DNA of 64,000 bases. Source: Octopus vulgaris. Its lineage: Eukaryota. The translations under genes and the position numbers were made by a program. The DNA is taken from NCBI GenBank assembly GCA_951406725.2, contig OX597815.1:49042001-49106000 (forward strand). Direction: 5' to 3'. Below are positions 56,441 to 64,000 of this stretch, one piece after another. The notes below the pieces were generated by a model. That model saw only the letters and a program-made list of their open reading frames with translations, had not been told where the DNA came from and made no database searches. How positions within the stretch are numbered: position 1 is the first letter of the stretch; every line of letters begins with the position of its first letter.

Positions 56441-57354
56441 TGAAAACTCTTAGAATATAATATCTCTTGTTGGAAGACATTCAAAGCAGCATCACAACGA
56501 CTGAAATGTCTTTCTGCAGACGTAGATGAATTTCCAAATGAAAGGAGGTTATCTGCTGTAAGTCTGGCAAATAATTTTCTTCATAAAAAAGGAAGAAGAC
56601 GGAGTAATAACAACAACAGCCATAGTAACAAAGAATATAAATGACGTTTAAAAGAATATATTATTTTTTTTCATAATGTCAGAAACTTTTGGTAGACTTC
56701 CATAGGTAACGCCAAAACAATAAATAAAACATTAAAAAAATACGATATTGCAAAGATTAAAAGAAAAGAGTGGTTTTTCTACAACGATTGTTGTTGTAAT
56801 CTAGTTCCTTGGTCACTACCCAGACTTCGAACAAACTTCTAATCAAAAAACATTTCAGCATTGACAATCCTATATTTTATTTTATCTTATTTTTCAGACA
56901 TACGATGTCTAGGACTACGCTACTCAACGTCTTTTTCTTCGGGTAGCAGGAACAGTTGTGAATAATTTGAGGGAGATTTGGACTCCCTTTTTTTTTTGTA
57001 AAAATCAAGCAGCCACGTGAAGGCTTCCTTGTCGGTTCAGCTGTAGCTAATACTGTTGTTCTGTAACTCTACGACAGTCTTCTTCGAACAGTCATTTAAA
57101 GAGGTGTTCTGTTTATATCCATAACATGTCTTTTACATGTTATTTCATATCTAAGCCAGTGAATTTTACTGTCTTTGTAAGTAAAACAGAAATATTACTG
57201 GCACAGTTCGAGGGGAAAGTTTAAAAAGTCACCAAGCAAACTTAATTTACGAAGTTAAGAAGGTAACAAAATACTTTGCTTAGAGAGTTAGAAATGATAT
57301 TTTTAAGTTAAAAAAATTAGAAAATATACACAGAGAAAAACTACTGGATTTGTG

Positions 57355-57566
57355 GTTGCAAATTTTGGCACAAGGATAGCAGTTTCGGTGGTGGGAGTAA
57401 ACCTATTACATCGACACCAGTGCTCAGCTGGTACTTATTTTATCGACCCCAAAAGGATGAAAGGCGAAGTCAACATCGGTGGAATTTCAACAAGAAACGT
57501 AAAGATGGACGAAATGCCACTAAGCAGTTTGTCCGGTATGCTAACAATTTTGTCAGCCCGCGGCCT
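57355..57566 (-). mobile_element. SINE family A
   Basis: Family match. Confidence 0.8.
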
Positions 57567-57757
57567 TGGTGTCTAATAATGTAGCGAATAAATCGATTTT
57601 TAAGACACTGAGTATCAATATGGATTTGCAAAAACCTCTAATTATATTTTTTATATTTTCGCAGTAATACCTAAATTTACATTTCAGGAGAACACTTGAG
57701 AAATTTGACCTACGCTTATTCAGTATTGTCAAAAATAAATATATGTGCAATTCCATC

Positions 57758-58611
57758 GTAACTGACGCAACATTTACAAGAATTTTTAACACTAAAAATT
57801 TTCTGACATCTTACTTAAGCGAATTGAAATGTAATGACCCATGAATACTTTAACTGCTGTGGCTCATAAATATTGTTATATATGTATTATAATTCTAAGT
57901 TTGAACTAGCGTGTCTTAGAGAGAATAAATGTTTGAGTAACTGACGTAACGAAATAAAAAAAAAGACATGATACCTGACTTGGTGGTACTTATGCTGGAA
58001 ATCCTGTGCAGAAAATTTACATGTGCAAACAATTTTTATATCAAATGAAACTAGAAGTTGTATGCACGCTATTTATGTTTTCATATCCAACACTATGGTT
58101 TAATACATGCTGTAGTGCCTTTTTGTAAAAAGTAACTGACGCAACATATACAAGTAACTGATGGAACATTTCCACCAAGAAATGTGTAACTCATGCAACA
58201 CTGAAACTCGGATACCAAAAAGTATTCCACATTTTTATTTTAATCAATCAGGGACATGAGGAATTGATCATGTATTAAAAATGTGTGCTGCATTTGAACA
58301 CAAAGTTCTAAATAATGTTTCTTGAAGCTCATTGCAGTACATGCATAATGTCTTAGATAATTCAATCTAGACATTTTACATGCATTGCAGGTAACTGTGG
58401 GAGCCCATATTATAAGTCACTGATCATAATGTGGTTGAAATTTTCATTAATAGTGCACAAGCAGGTACATGTAACTGAAAATATAAAGTACTGTGTATAA
58501 GAATAAAAATCCCGCTTACCGCACGTCATAATGTTTACATTGTTTTTGAGTAATTATTTGTCAGGATTTTGTAGACTAAACTAATAATGCCAAAACGTAA
58601 CGGACGCAACA
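57758..58611 (+). repeat. Dispersed direct repeats of GTAACTGACGCAACA
   Basis: Copies at 57758, 57937, 58132, 58154, 58186 and 58597. Confidence 0.85.
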
Positions 58612-59161
58612 AATTCTAATAGTCACAATAAATTCTGTTTTTGTTGACAAGCAGGCTGATCTTCCAAAAGATAACACTACCAATCTGTAGTTTTATTCTA
58701 GTTCTCTGCAAGATGGAAAGTTAATTTTTGGAGCTCCTTTAGAAACGCACCTCTTCAAGAAAATGAAATGCAATTAAAAATAAAGTTATGAAAATGGAAA
58801 TATATATACAAAATAAATGATGTATGCAAAAAATTAGAAAGATTCATCCATTTTAAAATATTTTATACTAAAAAATAAAACAAACTGAAAACGAGAACTC
58901 AAGAATATAAATAAACATTCGGATGATACAAGGGGAGATGATTTAACTATTACCAGTCAGGTATTATTAATGAAGTGAGGAGCCTGACAACATCGTTTGC
59001 AAATTCTTGATTGTTTTCAATTAGATTTTTTTACTCGTTATGGTTAGGGTTAGGATTATGATTAGGGTTATTGTCTCCTTGTGTGGGGAATTGCCCATAT
59101 ACGGAGTTGTCATTGTACTGATGAAGATCAGACTCACACCCACACTACATTTCTAAAAAAA

Positions 59162-59545
59162 AGGCGGTGAGCTGGCAGAAGCGTTAGCACGCCGGGCGAA
59201 ATGCTTAGCGGTATTTCGTCTGCTGCTACGTTCTGAGTTAAAATTCTGCCGAGGTCGACTTTGCCTTTCATCCTTTCGGGGTCGATTAAATAAGTACCAG
59301 TTACGCACTGGGGTCGATATAATCGATTTAATCCGTTTGTCTGTACTTGTTTGTCCTCTCTGTGTCCCTTGTGGGCAGTAAAGAAACAGGTATTTCATCC
59401 GTCTTTACGTTCTGAAACCGAGGTCGACTTTGCTTTTTATCCTTTCAGGGTCGATAAAATAAGCAGTAGTTGAGCAATAGGGTCAATACAATCGACTTGC
59501 CCGTACCTCAAATTTGCTGGCCTTGTGCCAAAATTTGAAATCAAT
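59162..59545 (+). mobile_element. SINE family A with a second body unit
   Basis: Intact head; tail joined to GGTATTTCATCCGTCTTTACGTTCTG. Confidence 0.88.
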
Positions 59546-60067
59546 ATCATCGAAAATAATAATAATAGTAAAAAGTTGGATATGAATCTAAAGTTACTCG
59601 GCTGTTAGTCTTCGAAATAAGGTGGCCGGAAATTTTGGTGTTCTTAATACACGAAGATATGATTAAACGTTCGTCTTTAAAGACCAGTTTTGCCAACTTC
59701 CAAATGCTGAACAGGTTCATTCTCCTGATTCCATGTATTTGTCGAAAACACCTTTATTGAAAAGACGAATTTCAATAGTGGAAAAGTAATAGCTGGTTTG
59801 AGAGAGGTATCACTAACAGAGATGCTGAAATCAGAGAAGTTGGTCTACGAATTTATTTGCGTGTAGATTTTTGTCTTCATAATAGTGACTGGGAAGTCGA
59901 AGTGATCATATTCAAAGATGGAGTTCTTGGATGATTTCTGAAGTTCTCCGTGTGTGGGACATATTTACTTGACTATTGACCGCTATCAATGATTTCACCC
60001 ATTGTTTTAATGCGTCATTTTCTATCATCGATAAAACTATAGACATTTTTGACGACAAGGGTATGCT

Positions 60068-60124
<57 letters not shown>

Positions 60125-60377
60125 CGTTTTTGGATTTGGTTTGCAAGATTCTTTACATGAGTTCGTGTGTTGAAGAAAATTCTGTTGTGTCTAGGGAGAG
60201 TCATTTTCTTTTTGTGCCTTATAATGTAACACACTCATCAGTAAAATTTCCACTCATTTCTTATTTTTATTTTCCTAAAATTTTCGTTGCGTCTTGCAAC
60301 CTTTTCAATAGTCAAGACTAAATACGGTGCTCTAACATGACTGCAGTCAAATGGCTGGAATAAATAAAAGGATAAAA

Positions 60378-60402
<25 letters not shown>

Positions 60403-60414
<12 letters not shown>

Positions 60415-60551
60415 GATAATCAATAAGTTGCCATAATAAAACTTAGAGTTTCAAATGCCGGCGCTAAAAGCTTCGGGGCGTTTTCATCGTAGCTCCGGCA
60501 TTTGAAACTCTGAGTTTTATTATGACAACATGCTGATTGTCCTATTCTATA
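60403..60551. repeat. Long imperfect palindrome (~62-bp arms) next to (TA)n
   Basis: GTTGCCATAATAAAACTTAGAGTTTCAAATGCCGG versus CCGGCATTTGAAACTCTGAGTTTTATTATGACAAC. Confidence 0.9.
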
Positions 60552-60626
60552 TGTATAAATTCCTCTATTTTCATGATATCGAAGTCTCGTTCTTTTATCG
60601 TCATTCTATTATTATTAATTAATTAA

Positions 60627-60722
<96 letters not shown>

Positions 60723-60998
60723 ATTTCTACATACGCATATGTACATTAACATACATGCGCAGGTATGCTATATGTAGGCATGTAAACGCATATGTGTACG
60801 TATATGTATACATGTGTGTGCGTATATATTTCAATATAAGCCTCTGTATTTATATCACTTTGCCCTGCTGCATTATTTAAGAAATACAGCTTGGTCGAAA
60901 AAAGTTTTTATTTTAACTTGTTTCTATTTAATTGCACAAGTTATTCTACCATCTTTTTTACTTACCTTTCGTTTTCTTTTGTGCTTCTTTTATTTTCC

Positions 60999-61038
<40 letters not shown>

Positions 61039-61329
61039 CTCTTCCTCCTTATTTCCAGTTTTCATTTTTACTTCTTCAGTTCAATGTTTTGTTCTGGCCT
61101 CGGTCTCTCTTTCTCTTCACACACACGCACCCTCCACCACACACACATGCATGCATATATGTATATACATATATGTATATACATAAATGTATACTTACAC
61201 ATATGTATATATATATACTTATATATACTACATATCTCTGTGTATATATAAATATATATATATATATACAAATATATGCTTATACATACATGTACATATG
61301 TGTGTGTATATATATATGTACGTACGTAC

Positions 61330-61369
<40 letters not shown>

Positions 61370-61383
61370 TATATATATGTACG

Positions 61384-61438
<55 letters not shown>

Positions 61439-61817
61439 TTGTTTACATACATACAAACAGACATGTTTACATACATAACTACTCTCGTCTCGTATGTTTC
61501 AAATCCTCGTCTTAATTGTTATTCTGACGACATTTTGAATTCCACAAGTTTAGCTATTTTGTTTATTTTTCTGCTAGCGCGTGCTTCCAAGATTTGACGT
61601 AGAATCAATGCTTTGTATAAATGGAAGTCTTATAAACAAACATGCACACATACATATTTATTTGTTGTAGAAATTGGTAACTTCTTCCCCTTCCTCTCCT
61701 TTTTTCTCCTCCACTCCTCCTCCTTCTTTCTTCCTCTTTCAAAGTGGTGGGCTTGCAGAATCAATTTGGTAGGGTCATTCGCACGTTGAACATAAAGTTT
61801 CACATATTTTTAAACCA

Positions 61818-61855
<38 letters not shown>

Positions 61856-62238
61856 GGCGGAGGTGTGTCTATGTGGTAAGAAGCCTGCTTCCCAACCACA
61901 CGGTACCGGTTTCAGTCCCACTGCTGCGTTATACCTTGGGCAGGTGTCTTCTATTATAGCCTCGGGTTGACCAAAGCCTCGTGAGTGGATTTGGTAGACG
62001 GATATGTATATATCTATGTGTGTGAGTCCTTGTGTCCGTGCTTGTTCCCCTCCCTATCACCGCTTGACAACCGGTGTGTTTGCGTCCCCGTAACTTACCG
62101 GTTCGGCTAAAGAGACCGACGGAATAAGTACTAGGTTTAAGAATTAAGTCGGGTCGATTTGTTCGACTAAAGCTCCTCAGAGAGGTCCCCCGGCATGGCC
62201 GCAGTCAATTGACTGAAACAAGTAAAAGAATAAAAGAA
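61856..62238 (+). mobile_element. SINE family C, full length
   Basis: Family match. Confidence 0.85.
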
Positions 62239-62605
62239 CATTTTTCTCTTACGGATTTCAATTTTCTTAAACTGTTATTAACACTACAACGATGTGTTAC
62301 AACTTTCTCTTCCAAGACATTGACCTAGTGCAGATGTTCTGACTGGACATTAGTGGCATAGGACTCACTAGTGAGATGAACCCATCAAAACAATACAAAA
62401 CAAGAAATTGGTAATATTTCGTTCCAATCCAACAGATTGCAACAGAAATTCTTTCCAAGTTCGTCTTCCCTTTTTTTTAAAATTCCAATCCTGATAAAAT
62501 GTATCTTGATATGTACCGGAACTGACAAATTCAACCTATAAATATAAAATGGTGTTGAGCATTATTCAAAATAAATGGCCAGACGTGGATTAGAAACAGG
62601 AACCT

Positions 62606-62774
62606 CAGTTGTACGGCTAGAATGTGCGCCACCCGGGGCACCCCTTCAGTTTGCTGTCCCCTGTACACAACCTATATAGGAATATATAGCAGAACTTAAA
62701 GTGCTGTCCCCATAACAGCGTCACCTGAGGTGGACCGATCCCACCTCGCTCCTGCCTTTCCAGCTGCGATACTG
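62606..62774. mobile_element. Possible decayed short DNA-transposon MITE
   Basis: CAGT...ACTG termini with degenerate TIRs; repeated internal CACCCGGGG/CACCTGAGG and TGCTGTCCCC. Confidence 0.35.
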
Positions 62775-62981
62775 AAGCATCTACAATAAAACGGAAGTTT
62801 AGATATAAGTTTTAAAATAATCATTCGAGGATATTTTTCTCTTCGTTGACATTTGTCAAGTTATATCAATAACGATGAATGCATTTTTTAGGGTTTTCTG
62901 TTACCTTTTCGCCTTGGTTTTGCTCTGTTCCGTCCTAGACTACAATGTCAGGCTCTCTGTATTGGGGATGAACTCAGAACG

Positions 62982-63246
62982 CCGACGTTACCGAAGCCGG
63001 CAGCCTGGTGGCTGTCGCCGGGACGACCGCGTGATCCTCGCGGTCGATACCGTGACGTGGTCCGTCCCGTAAATTTACGAATCGGGCCACGCGGAACAGC
63101 CACGCTCTAGGTGACCGTCGCACCCCGATGGTCTCCAGACTACATTAGGGGGTATGAGCCGGCAGGTGTATGTTTCCGGCTTCGGCCGCGCTGCAGCACC
63201 GACGACTGCCAACGGTGCCCGGAACCCCGCGGTGGCTGCCGCCTTC
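62982..63246. ncRNA. Unidentified GC-rich, highly structured RNA-like island
   Basis: ~66% GC by hand count; nested helices 62991-63000/63176-63185, 63008-63015/63096-63103, 63024-63031/63039-63046, 63056-63064/63083-63091, 63113-63120/63126-63133, 63196-63201/63213-63218. Confidence 0.5.
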
Positions 63247-63538
63247 ACGGACGAAATGCTGTTAAGCACTTTTTCCGGAATGCTTACGATTCTGCCAGCT
63301 TGTTGCTTTACTATCGTGTATATTGATTTCAAATTTTAGCACAAGACCAGCGATTTCGAGCGAGAGGTTAATCGATTGCATCGACCCCCAACGTTCAACT
63401 GGTATTTATTTTATCGACTCCGAAAGGATGAAGGGCAAAATTGAGATCGGCGGGATTTGAACTTAGAACGTACAGACGAGTGAAACATTGCTAAGCATTT
63501 TGCCCGGCGTGCTAACGATTCTGCCAGCTCGCTGCTTT
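63247..63538 (-). mobile_element. SINE family A head (63247-63310) plus a full copy (63328-63538)
   Basis: Family match; the first copy is interrupted by the GC island. Confidence 0.85.
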
Positions 63539-64000
63539 ACCATTGTGTATATAGCTATTGAAAAGTATTTACATGTTACTGACCTCTAACTAACAAAACA
63601 CACCTATTTGCATTACATTGGCTAATAATTCTGACCTTCTCTTTCTAATTCTCACCTCAATCCCATCTCTCCCACCTTACTCTCTCTTAAAACCTCTTCG
63701 TATATATTTCTCGCCATTTTTCTCACAAACATTTGCACAAACTAATTCTTTACATTTAACATACTCATAGGGATTAAGGGCATAAAATAAAGTGTTTTTC
63801 TCTCTTTCTCTCTCCCCGAAGAAGGTCTAAGTCTGAAACATCAGAAATATCTTCGCCCAAAGGCATACGAATTTTCAAATAATTATACTTTATCTGTAAA
63901 ATCAATTTTTGCCGATTTACAAAACAACTAGTAACCCTTGATTTTTGATAAACACACATACACACATATATACTCACTTACGTACACATCAACATATATA

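Noticed and set aside
57758-58611. CRISPR array interpretation of the 15-bp repeats
   Set aside because: Repeats too short, spacers 7-400 bp, no cas genes, eukaryotic context
59580-60060. Coding-like minus-strand relic
   Set aside because: Multiple stops and no motif I can assign
62881-63250. Identification of the GC island as telomerase RNA, RNase P, 7SK or a cobalamin riboswitch
   Set aside because: Only short partial resemblances (CAGACTAC, GAAGCCGGAA...ACCTGCC, CTGCCGCCTTC); the template, CR-I, paired GAUC and B12-box context are missing

Overview
AT-rich, repeat-saturated eukaryotic non-coding DNA. The SINE families and the extreme microsatellite load look like an Octopus/cephalopod genome, which is an inference from pattern recognition. 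No host protein-coding gene can be supported, and nearly all ORF-track entries are microsatellite or SINE artefacts. The window holds three tRNA-derived SINE families, three mariner pseudogenes, two Tc1-like relics, hAT-type MITEs, a Helitron-like element carrying a LINE ORF1-like fragment, an R4/Dong-like non-LTR fragment, an RTE 5'UTR-like fragment and a possible solo LTR. Three things stand out. (1) A ~265-bp, ~66% GC, CpG-rich, densely self-complementary island at 62982-63246 sits inside a SINE tRNA head and matches no RNA I can recognise. (2) Several short (TA)n-embedded elements carry minimal type-I hammerhead ribozyme motifs and fold-back arms (Penelope/retrozyme-like), best seen at 54040-54802 and 43509-43622. 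(3) A spaced array of a 15-bp motif lies at 57758-58611. All folding and alignment was done by eye.
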